Below are positions 34,953-43,016 of a DNA stretch of 64,000 bases, one piece after another. The notes beneath the pieces were generated by a model. That model ran no database searches and was not told the origin of the DNA. It saw only the letters and a program-made list of their open reading frames with translations. The stretch is from Myxococcota bacterium (GTDB lineage: Bacteria > Myxococcota_A > UBA796 > CAJQPC01). Position 1 is the stretch's first letter. Each line of letters begins with the position of its first letter. The position numbers were made by a program, and so were the translations under genes. Where the stretch lies: NCBI GenBank assembly GCA_023150775.1, contig JAKLKE010000005.1, positions 608 to 64,607 on the forward strand, in the 5' to 3' direction.

Positions 34953-35514
34953 GCTTGTCGATCAGCACGACGCGGCGCGGGAGCGCGGCTATCCCAAGGT
35001 CGAGATGGAGCTACGCAAACGGGTCGCTTGGCTCGCGGAGCGTGGTCACTGCTCGCGCGTGTACCAAGGGAGGCTCAGCGACAAGACCAAAGACAAACGC
35101 TCCAGACGAACCCAGGTCATGATCAAGGGCGAACAATCCCCCATCGGCGACCCGATCCCGCTCCTCAACCTGCCCAACGTCGAGCACCCGAAGCTCTGGA
35201 TCTACGCGCTCCTTGACGACCACGACAAGCGCCTGCTCAAGTTCACCGTTCGTCTCGACGCCCGGTGGGCCGCTGACAAGGTCCCGTTCACGATCTCCGT
35301 GGAGCTTGACGATCGAACCATGGGCAGCGGGGCCTGCGGTCACCCGATCTTGCACTGCCATATGGGCGTCGATCACGACCGCCGACCGCAGTTTCGCCTG
35401 CCGCTGCCCGCGCTCACGCCTTGGGAGGCGCTTGACTGGCTGATCACGCAGCTCGATGAGGCCCACGAGCCCGCACCCTGGACCGCGCCGATGTTCTCCC
35501 GGGCTGCTCCTTAG
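34939..35514 (+). CDS. Hypothetical protein with His/Cys cluster, operon member
   Basis: 191 aa. The ATG overlaps the upstream gene by 14 nt. Basic segment KTKDKRSRRTQ. Cluster GACGHPILHCHMGVDHD. No family recognised. Confidence 0.6.
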   Translation: MIWRELVDQHDAARERGYPKVEMELRKRVAWLAERGHCSRVYQGRLSDKTKDKRSRRTQVMIKGEQSPIGDPIPLLNLPNVEHPKLWIYALLDDHDKRLLKFTVRLDARWAADKVPFTISVELDDRTMGSGACGHPILHCHMGVDHDRRPQFRLPLPALTPWEALDWLITQLDEAHEPAPWTAPMFSRAAP

Positions 35515-35587
35515 ACGTGCGGATTCGTGCAGGTCGTCGCCAAAGGTCGTCTTGTGCAGGCCTGGAGAGGCGAGGCACAACGCCCCC

Positions 35588-37105
35588 TCACCTCCCCGCC
35601 ACCCACCACGCCGCCCCGCCCTGCGCCGCGAGGTCCGGCGGCCCCAACCGCGCCGTCACCTCCTCCACAAACGCCTCGCGCACCACCACCGCGCCCACCC
35701 CCGCCTCGGCGAGCCCAGCCCAAGACGGCGCCTCCGGTGGGCGGGCGCCGCGCGGCAAGGCCAAGGTGTTGAGCCAGCGCGCGGTGGGATCGTCCCGCAG
35801 CTCACCCAGGTCACCGGGGCGGTTTGGCGAGAGGCGTAGCGGGCGGCCATGGGCGCGCTGCTCGTAGAGCGGGCGCTGGGTGTGAACGCCGGGGCCCGCC
35901 AGCGGCAGCGGCAGCACGGCGCCGGGCACAGCCTTGAGGGCCGACCACAGCGGGTCAATGTGCGCCGAGGTCGTCGGCAAAGGCAGCGGCGTGGGCGACA
36001 AGAGGCTCAGCTCAAGGGCGATCAAGAGCGCCAGCGCCGTCTGAACCCGGCCCTCTTTGCCGGGCCAGCGCGCAGCCACGGTGACCGCGCCCCGGGCGGC
36101 CAAGGCGGCCAGGGCGAGCTGCCCGATCAACATCACCCGGGCGTGGTGGTTCAACAGCTCGGCGCCGGGCAAGAGGCGAAGGAGCCGCACCGCCGGGTTG
36201 TCGAGGCCCAGGGGCTCCCCCATCAAGCTCAGGCGCGGCCCTGCGGCGAGGGCCATCGCCGCGACGAGCGCGATCCAGAGCGGGTGACGCCCGCCGATCA
36301 GCGCCAACACCAAGGGCACGACGCCCAGGGCGGTCGGGTGAATCCGCATCAGCGCGCCCTCGGGGGGCTGGGCCTCACCGACGGCGACGAAGGAGGCCAG
36401 ATCGGCGCCACGCCAAGGGTTGAGGCGCCACGCGGGCTCGGGCTGCTCCATCGGGGCGCCGCTGCGGTGACCCTCGCCGCCGAGGCGGGTGGCGTGGCTC
36501 CACGCGGCGGGGGCGGCCAAGGCCAAGGCGAGCAAGGCGGCGGACAGCCAGCGGCCCAGACGCGCGGGCCTGCGCCAGAGGTCAACGAGGCCCAAGACGA
36601 CCGCGCCCAGAGCGCCCAAGGCCCCGAGCACCAAGCCGCTCGCGGCGGTGAGGCCCAAGAGCGCGCCACCGAGCAGGCTCATCCCAAAACCTTCGCCGAG
36701 GAGCGCGGCATAGGCCAAGGCGAGCAGGCCCAGCCCAGCGTCTTCGCTGAGGCCTGAAGACAAGGAGCCCAAGAGCGGCGGGGAGAGCGCGACGAGCACC
36801 CCGGCCACCGCAGGGGCGCCGCCGACCCGACGACCCAGGGCCGCGCCGCCGACATAGGCCAAGGCGACGGCGCCCAGCACCAAGGCGTTCCAGGCCGAGA
36901 CGGCGCCGAGCACACGGCTCAAGACAGCGACGGTCAAGGTGGTCAGAGGGTCGATGACCGGCCAGGGCTCGGCGCCCAAGGCGAGGTCTGTGCCTGAGGG
37001 CCAGGCGGGCAGAGCCTCGGCGTGCCAATGGATCACCCAGAGGTGGCCGAAGAGCTCGCCGCCCTCGTGGCCTAAGAAGAGCCCGGGGCGCAGGCCCGAG
37101 CCCAC
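35588..37105 (-). CDS. Polytopic membrane protein of unknown function
   Basis: 505-aa ORF, Gly/Ala/Leu-rich, with about 10 hydrophobic segments and a C-terminal soluble region. GC3 bias supports the minus frame. The N-terminus is uncertain (see finding). Confidence 0.65.
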   Translation of the reverse strand: MGSGLRPGLFLGHEGGELFGHLWVIHWHAEALPAWPSGTDLALGAEPWPVIDPLTTLTVAVLSRVLGAVSAWNALVLGAVALAYVGGAALGRRVGGAPAVAGVLVALSPPLLGSLSSGLSEDAGLGLLALAYAALLGEGFGMSLLGGALLGLTAASGLVLGALGALGAVVLGLVDLWRRPARLGRWLSAALLALALAAPAAWSHATRLGGEGHRSGAPMEQPEPAWRLNPWRGADLASFVAVGEAQPPEGALMRIHPTALGVVPLVLALIGGRHPLWIALVAAMALAAGPRLSLMGEPLGLDNPAVRLLRLLPGAELLNHHARVMLIGQLALAALAARGAVTVAARWPGKEGRVQTALALLIALELSLLSPTPLPLPTTSAHIDPLWSALKAVPGAVLPLPLAGPGVHTQRPLYEQRAHGRPLRLSPNRPGDLGELRDDPTARWLNTLALPRGARPPEAPSWAGLAEAGVGAVVVREAFVEEVTARLGPPDLAAQGGAAWWVAGR

Positions 37106-37152
37106 CAGCGCGGCGCAGGCGAAGGCACCCAGCGCGAGGGCGGCTCGGGAGA

Positions 37153-37815
37153 TCAGAGCACCTGGCTCAAGAAGAGGCGGCGATCCGTCGTCACCTGGCC
37201 GTCGATGCGGCGGGAGTGGACCTCCATGTACACGCCGATGTCCTGAAAACCCCGCTTGAGGTACATGTCGTAGCCCGCGTGGCGCGTGGCGGACGTGCGC
37301 AGCAGGACGTGGCTGTACTTGGCGCGGTTGATCATCTCTAGGCGCAGGCGGATCAGCTCCCCGCCGAGGCCGAGGCCCCGGACCTTGTTGAGCATCCCCA
37401 GCTCGGAGAGGTAGTAGGTCGGCTGAATCGGCAGCAGACCTTGGACCTCTCGGGCCACGTCTTTGCGGTGCGCCAGCGGCACCGCGAAGCCAAAGCCCAC
37501 CACGGTGATGCCCCGCACGGCCAACAAGGCGATGTGGTCTGGCGTCTGGAGCGTGCGCGCCAGGACCCCTTCGGCCTCGTAGGGGTAAAAGAGCTCGTTG
37601 TACGGCGGCTCAGAGAAGATGGTCTGGTACGCCCCCACGAAGGACGGGCGGTAGACCGCGGCCTCTTGCTCGTCGTGAAGGCGAATGATGTCGATGTCGG
37701 CGATTTTGGTGAGGTGCTGCACAGCCGCCAAGTATGCCTCAGAGGGAAGGGGCGCGAGAGGAGGTGGTTGGATCTCTCGCACAAAATTGTGCGTTTGGGG
37801 AGGGCAAATGGGCAA
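37153..37815 (-). CDS. GNAT-family acetyltransferase
   Basis: LLAVRGITVVGFGFAV..., YLSELGMLNKVRGLGLGGELIRLRL (motif A) and GYDMYLKRGFQ (motif B). The start is TTG 37815 or GTG 37782. Confidence 0.7.
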   Translation of the reverse strand: MPICPPQTHNFVREIQPPPLAPLPSEAYLAAVQHLTKIADIDIIRLHDEQEAAVYRPSFVGAYQTIFSEPPYNELFYPYEAEGVLARTLQTPDHIALLAVRGITVVGFGFAVPLAHRKDVAREVQGLLPIQPTYYLSELGMLNKVRGLGLGGELIRLRLEMINRAKYSHVLLRTSATRHAGYDMYLKRGFQDIGVYMEVHSRRIDGQVTTDRRLFLSQVL

Positions 37816-37861
37816 GGATCGTGAGGCGGCGAGGCGGGCGGGGGTGGCGCGGGCTGGCCCC

Positions 37862-38932
37862 TCACCCCACCCCCTCGTCGTCGTCCTCCACGGCCCCGCC
37901 GACGCCCTCGTCTACGACCGGCGCGGACTCGGGCTCCTCCGGGCGCTGGCGGCGCTGGCCGCGCAGCTCCAGAAGGCGCGACTGCAGCAAGGCCCCGGGC
38001 TCACCCAAGGCGCGGCACTGGGACAAGGCGTCGAGCAGGGTGGCGGCCTCGGCCTCGGGATCCTCAAGGCCTCGGGCTTGGGCGAGGTCGATGGACGCCG
38101 AGGCGAAGGCGAGCCAGCTTCGGCGCTCTAAGGCGAGGGCCTGGCAGCTCGCGGCGAGGGGGCCCGCGCGGCGCCCGTCGCCCTCGGCCAAGGCGAGGCC
38201 GCTCAGCAAGAGCCCCGCCGTGAGGCGTAAGGCCGGCTCCCCCTCCACCCACACCGCGTTGAGCAGGGGCGCGGCGTGGCGGGGCAGGCCGTGGCGCAGG
38301 AGGCTCAGGGCGCGGATCAGCGCCACACGGGCGGCCAGCGACAGGTCTTGGAAACTCTGCGCGAGGGCCTGGGCTCGGGCGTAGGCGCCGTCGGCCTCGC
38401 GCCAGCGGGCGTCACGCTCCAAGGCCTCACCCAGCGCCAACCAGCCGTCGTGCTCTTCGCGGCGGCGGCTCACCGGGCCGGGCTCGGCCAAGGCGCGCTG
38501 GAGGCTGGAGGTGGCGCCCTCCAAGCGCAGGGCGGCGCGGGCGAGGCCCCGGGTGAGCTGGGTGGCGGGGAAATGTTCGGCGTCGCGGTCAGCGCGCTCC
38601 ATCAAGGCCCGGGCGTCGGCCACGCTGCCGAGCTCGGCCAAGGCCCGCACACACCACAGCCGGGCGTGGGCGTCCCGCTCGGCGTCGCCCAAGGCCATCG
38701 CCCGGCGAGAGGCCTCGGCGAAGGTGGCCGCGGCCTCTTCGTGACCGAGCACGAGCTGGCGTTCGCCCCGGCGGATCAAGGCGCGCACGGCGAGCGGCGC
38801 GTCGGGGGCGCGGCCCAAGGCCTGCACCAGAGCGGCGTCGAGGGTCGTGGCCTCGGCGAGCGCTGGGCCGAAGGGCGGCAGGGCCTCCAGGGCGTCGGTG
38901 AGGGCCGTGGCCTGGGAGGGGGTCTGGCTCAT
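37862..38932 (-). CDS. Ala/Leu/Arg-rich helical-repeat (TPR-like) protein
   Basis: 356 aa. The ATG overlaps the upstream stop (ATGA on the minus strand at 38932-38929). Repeated ...A.A..L.G....A...ARA helix pairs. Acidic C-terminal tail. Confidence 0.6.
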   Translation of the reverse strand: MSQTPSQATALTDALEALPPFGPALAEATTLDAALVQALGRAPDAPLAVRALIRRGERQLVLGHEEAAATFAEASRRAMALGDAERDAHARLWCVRALAELGSVADARALMERADRDAEHFPATQLTRGLARAALRLEGATSSLQRALAEPGPVSRRREEHDGWLALGEALERDARWREADGAYARAQALAQSFQDLSLAARVALIRALSLLRHGLPRHAAPLLNAVWVEGEPALRLTAGLLLSGLALAEGDGRRAGPLAASCQALALERRSWLAFASASIDLAQARGLEDPEAEAATLLDALSQCRALGEPGALLQSRLLELRGQRRQRPEEPESAPVVDEGVGGAVEDDDEGVG

Positions 38933-40518
38933 GCGCCCCCCGTCGCGGTCAAGGCGACCCGGCCCACGGCGCCGAAGCAGCTCTCCCGCACCAACAGGAG
39001 GCGCTCGCTCCAGCGGCGTAAGGCGGCCTCAGCGTCGTGAAGGCTGGGCTCGGCGTCGTCCATGGGCTCGCCGACGAGGTTCTCCAGGCGGCGGCCGACC
39101 CGGATGGACTCTCGGGCGATCTCGCGGAGCTCCTCGTCCACGGCGCGGAGGATGGCGCGCAGGCGGGTCTGCACCGGGGCCCCGGCGGCGCGTAGGGCGG
39201 CGATGGCGGCGCAGGCGGCCTCGGCCTGGGCGCGGCCGGCGCTGCCCACGAGCGTCTCGATGCTGTCGATGAGCGGCTGGAGCTGATCGGGCTCCAGATG
39301 GGTGAGCACCTCTTCGCCTTGGCCGATCAGCTCGGCGAAGATGGCGTCGAAGGCCGCGGTCTGGGCGTCGATGGTGAGGTCGCCGCTGTGGTGGCGGGCC
39401 ATCGACTGCGGCGGGCGCACGGGCCAAGGCTTCACGACGTGGTCGATGGCGGCGTCGAGGAGGCCCTGGGCGCGGCGGCCGGGGGCGGGGCCACGGGCGG
39501 CGCGGCCCGGCGTCGGGGGCAGCTCGCCGCGCACAGCCTCGTCAAAGATGAAGTGCGCCGCGAGGCGGCTGCGCTGGGCGCAGATGTGGGCGGCGGCGCG
39601 GCCTTGGCGGCGGGCGTCACGCTCTAAAGCGATCGTCGCCGCCTGGTTGACCGCGGCGAGCTCCACCCGCTCGGCCTCGATCACCAAAGCCAAGGTGCCC
39701 AAGGCCCCGCCCCGGGCGACCTGGGCGGCGAGGCCCGGCCCCCCGGCGGTGGGGCCCAAGAGGCGCCCCATGGCGCGGGCGAGGGGGTCTTGGGCGGCGC
39801 CGCTCAAGAACTGGCCGAGCTCCATCACCACGACGAGGCCCTCGGGGGCGAGGGTGAGGTCTTCGGGCTCCGGGTCCCAGTCCGCGTGCTCCACGGGCTC
39901 CTGCAGCCAGCCCCAGACGGCGTCGAGGCGCTCGTCGCCTTGGGGGGCCTCGGGGTGGTTCAGGGGCGGCAGCTCGTCTAAGTAGATCGTCTCTTCGTCG
40001 TCGTCGTCGGACTTGAGCTTGTCCTGGGCCATGCCGAAGCCGGTCTGGGCCTGGGCGCGGCGGAAGGCGCGGCGTTTGGGGTTGACCGGGGGCGGGTCCG
40101 CGTCGTCGTCGCCGCCGAACTGCTGGTCGTAGTCGGCGCCGGCGCCTCCGCCGGCCTCGGTGCCTTGGCCCGCGGACTGCGGCGCGCCCATGCTGGAGGA
40201 GAACGCGGCCTCTAGCCCCTCGTCCCAGCCCTCGTCCTCCTCTTGTTCTTGCTCCTCCTCTTGCTCTTGCTCCTCGACCTGCTCCACCTCGATCGCCGGG
40301 CCCTCTTGGCGGCCCACGTCGCGGAGCATCTTCGCCAAGGCCGCGTTGCCGACCTGGGCGGCCAGGGCGCGGGCGTTCTCTGGGGAGACCTGGGAGTCGG
40401 GGCCCTGGATCTCTTGTTGCAGCTCTTGGGCCGTCTTCTTGTCGGGGACGACCTCGGGCGCCTTCTTCTGCAGCTCGGCGACGAGCTCGCGGCGCGCCTG
40501 ACGGGACGTGTTGGACAA
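38929..40518 (-). CDS. Hypothetical protein with acidic low-complexity N-terminal region
   Basis: The track ORF starts at GTG 40557. The TTG at 40518 is preceded by GGAGG. It contains the ARALAAQVGNAALAKMLR motif, the acidic tract EQVEEQEQEEEQEQEEDEG and a helical C-terminal ~300 aa. No family recognised. Confidence 0.6.
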   Translation of the reverse strand: MSNTSRQARRELVAELQKKAPEVVPDKKTAQELQQEIQGPDSQVSPENARALAAQVGNAALAKMLRDVGRQEGPAIEVEQVEEQEQEEEQEQEEDEGWDEGLEAAFSSSMGAPQSAGQGTEAGGGAGADYDQQFGGDDDADPPPVNPKRRAFRRAQAQTGFGMAQDKLKSDDDDEETIYLDELPPLNHPEAPQGDERLDAVWGWLQEPVEHADWDPEPEDLTLAPEGLVVVMELGQFLSGAAQDPLARAMGRLLGPTAGGPGLAAQVARGGALGTLALVIEAERVELAAVNQAATIALERDARRQGRAAAHICAQRSRLAAHFIFDEAVRGELPPTPGRAARGPAPGRRAQGLLDAAIDHVVKPWPVRPPQSMARHHSGDLTIDAQTAAFDAIFAELIGQGEEVLTHLEPDQLQPLIDSIETLVGSAGRAQAEAACAAIAALRAAGAPVQTRLRAILRAVDEELREIARESIRVGRRLENLVGEPMDDAEPSLHDAEAALRRWSERLLLVRESCFGAVGRVALTATGGA

Positions 40519-40604
40519 GCGACCTCCGGGCGGCTCAGCGTAGCATGGACTGGCCACGAGCCCGCCTTGGGATGATAGGATCCCGGAGACTCCTTGAGGG
40601 CTGA

Positions 40605-43016
40605 ATGGACACCATCGCTGGCTACCAGAAGACGGGTCGGGTGACGATCGGACCCGGCGCTGACCTCGTTGAGCTGAGCTCAGACAACGGCTTCCGCCAC
40701 ACCGCCGTGGCGTTTCACCCGCCGTACCGCGCGCACCCGGCGATCGGTCCCGGGCTAGAGGTCGTCAAGGGCTTCTTGGAGGCGCCCTACGTCACCGGGC
40801 TCTTGGAGCTCGTCGCCCATGATCCCAAGCAGGGCGCCTTCGTGTACCCCACGGGGCAGGCGTGGTCGGCCTATGAGGTCGTGCGCACCTTGTCCGACCT
40901 GGGCCAGAACGCCGGGATCCGCGCGGGCCTAGAGCTGATGTACACCGCCGGAGAGATCCTCCTGAACGCCGCCGAGGCCGGTGAGCCCGCGGGCGTCTAC
41001 TCCCACGGCGGCCTCACGCCCTGGCGTGTCATGGTGAAGGCCGACGGTCAGGTCGAGATCATGGGCTACGCCTTGCCCCAGGTCGAGATCCTGCAGTTCC
41101 AGGCGAACAACAACGAGATCCCCGGCGAAGACAGCTTCCGTTATTGCCCGCCGGAGAGAATGGTCTCCACCAAAGAGGACGTCTCCGCCGACCTCTTCGC
41201 CTTGTCCCTCGTCGCCTTTGAGCTGATGACCGGCAAGCCCGTGTACGACGGCCTGGTGAACGACATCCGCACCCAGGCGAGCCGCGGCGAGGGCACCCGG
41301 CGCCTGTTCAGGTTCAAAGATCAGCTCCCGAACGGCGTGCGTGACCTGCTCAACCTCTGCCTGAAGCCTTCGCCCCGCGACCGTTTCCCCGACGGCGCGA
41401 GCTACCTGCGCGCGGTGCAGAAGGTGCTCTCCAGCGCTGAGGCCAGCGGCCCGTCGCTGATGGACACCATGTCCCGGGTCTCCAAGACCCAGCGGCGCAC
41501 CGGAGAGTCTCTGGACGCCGGGAAGACGCAGTCCTTGTCCAAGGCCGATCTCGCGCGGATCTTGGCCGAGCAAGACAACGAGCCCGAGCCGCCGCGCCCC
41601 AGCCGCCCGGTCCCGGCCAAAGGCGCCGCCTGGACGCCCCCGGCCAAAGGCAAAGCCGCCGAGCCCGCGCCCTCCCCCAAGGCCACGCCGGTCGCCGAGG
41701 TGAAGGCCGCGCCCCGCGCCGAGCCCCCACGCGCCGCGCCGCCGCCCCAGCCCTCCGACAGCCGCTGGGGTCGCCCCGCCGAAGGCCGCCGCGCCCGGGC
41801 CCCACGCACGACCCGGCCTGGGGAGGTCGGCGACGAGGAGGAGGAGCTCGATGGACCGGCGCCGATGGGCAGCGCGCCGCAGCCGGCCGCAGCCGCCGCC
41901 GCCCCCGCCGACGCGCCGCGCTCCCGCATCAGCGCCGACGAGCTGATCCGCTCGATCAGCTCCTCCACCGACGGCGGGCTGCGCCGGGCGCTCAACCGCT
42001 CGCAGTCCTCGGCTAGCTCGGTGATCGACGCCATCCTGAGCGACGCCACCCCCAAACGGGCCGAGGCCGCCGGGCCCGAGGCCCTGCCGAGCACCCCCGA
42101 GGGTGGCCTGGGGGTGCGCCGCGCCCCGCCCCGGGCCCGGGCGCCGCTGCCGAGCTTTGACGATCCGCCCCCCGAGGTCCGCCGCCCCGAGCCCTCTCGC
42201 CCCGAGCCCGCGCCGCCGCCGCCCCGTGTGGTCGAGCCCGCGCCGCCGCCCCGCGCCCCAGATCCGGTGACCTTGCCGCCGGTGATGACCACGCCGAAGC
42301 CGCCGCCCTTCGCGCCGGAGCCGCCCAAGCCCGTCGAGCCGCCAAAGGCCGTTGAGCCGCCCAAGCCCGTTGAGGCCCCCAAGCCCGTCGAGGCCCCGCG
42401 CCCCGTGGCCTACGACGCCGCCGAGGTCACCGCGCCCCGCATCGAGTCGGGCCCAGCGCCCCTGAGCCTCACCGGGGGCAGCGCGTCCATCGACCTGCAG
42501 AACATCCGCCCCCCCGACGCGCTGAAGGCCACCGCCGGCGGCCCCAGCCTCTCTTACCGCGTGCTCCGGGGCCCGAACGGCTCGGCGATCAAGTCGCGGC
42601 TGCCCGGGGGCTTCACGCTCTCTGAAGCCGTGTCTTACCTCACCGCGACCTTCGTGCCCCTGCGCGCCGACCTCCAGGGCCGCATCACCCTGCACTATCG
42701 CCTCGGCCCCGAGACCGGCCCCGCCGCCGGGGAGACCTTACTCTCCACCTACCCCGAGGGCTCCACCCTGGTGCTCCACCCCGTCGTGGCCCGAGAGCGC
42801 TGGGTTCATTTTGAGGTGGCCGACCCAGAGCACGCCGCCCGGTTCCGCGCGCCGATCTCGACAGCGCTGCCGGCCTGCGCCGTGGTCGATCATCTCTGCG
42901 CTTGGCTGCGACTTCCGGCGGGCGCCTGGAACTTGTGCCAGGGTGAGCGTATCTTCTCCCCACACCTCCTCATGGATGAGGTGGACTTCAACCAACCGCT
43001 GGTGTTGAAGCGATGA
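40605..43016 (+). CDS. Hanks-type pseudokinase with long Pro-rich linker and C-terminal beta-rich domains
   Basis: Kinase-fold landmarks are retained (PPERM = APE, DLFALSLVAFELMTG = DxWSxG, RDRF subdomain XI). The catalytic motifs are replaced: AVAFH for VAIK, YSHGGLTPWRV for HRDxKPxN, IMGYA for DFG. No TM segment. GAGGG lies upstream of the ATG. Confidence 0.8.
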   Translation: MDTIAGYQKTGRVTIGPGADLVELSSDNGFRHTAVAFHPPYRAHPAIGPGLEVVKGFLEAPYVTGLLELVAHDPKQGAFVYPTGQAWSAYEVVRTLSDLGQNAGIRAGLELMYTAGEILLNAAEAGEPAGVYSHGGLTPWRVMVKADGQVEIMGYALPQVEILQFQANNNEIPGEDSFRYCPPERMVSTKEDVSADLFALSLVAFELMTGKPVYDGLVNDIRTQASRGEGTRRLFRFKDQLPNGVRDLLNLCLKPSPRDRFPDGASYLRAVQKVLSSAEASGPSLMDTMSRVSKTQRRTGESLDAGKTQSLSKADLARILAEQDNEPEPPRPSRPVPAKGAAWTPPAKGKAAEPAPSPKATPVAEVKAAPRAEPPRAAPPPQPSDSRWGRPAEGRRARAPRTTRPGEVGDEEEELDGPAPMGSAPQPAAAAAAPADAPRSRISADELIRSISSSTDGGLRRALNRSQSSASSVIDAILSDATPKRAEAAGPEALPSTPEGGLGVRRAPPRARAPLPSFDDPPPEVRRPEPSRPEPAPPPPRVVEPAPPPRAPDPVTLPPVMTTPKPPPFAPEPPKPVEPPKAVEPPKPVEAPKPVEAPRPVAYDAAEVTAPRIESGPAPLSLTGGSASIDLQNIRPPDALKATAGGPSLSYRVLRGPNGSAIKSRLPGGFTLSEAVSYLTATFVPLRADLQGRITLHYRLGPETGPAAGETLLSTYPEGSTLVLHPVVARERWVHFEVADPEHAARFRAPISTALPACAVVDHLCAWLRLPAGAWNLCQGERIFSPHLLMDEVDFNQPLVLKR
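42318..42407 (+). repeat. Five tandem 18-nt coding repeats (EPPKPV-type)
   Basis: gagccgcccaagcccgtc / gagccgccaaaggccgtt / gagccgcccaagcccgtt / gaggcccccaagcccgtc / gaggccccgcgccccgtg, read directly from the sequence. Confidence 0.85.

Noticed and set aside
40929-42695. 588-aa minus ORF (plus 41402-42382 minus and others)
   Set aside because: It is antisense to the pseudokinase Pro-rich linker. Its Gly/Arg-rich translation is the mirror of the Pro/Ala codons.
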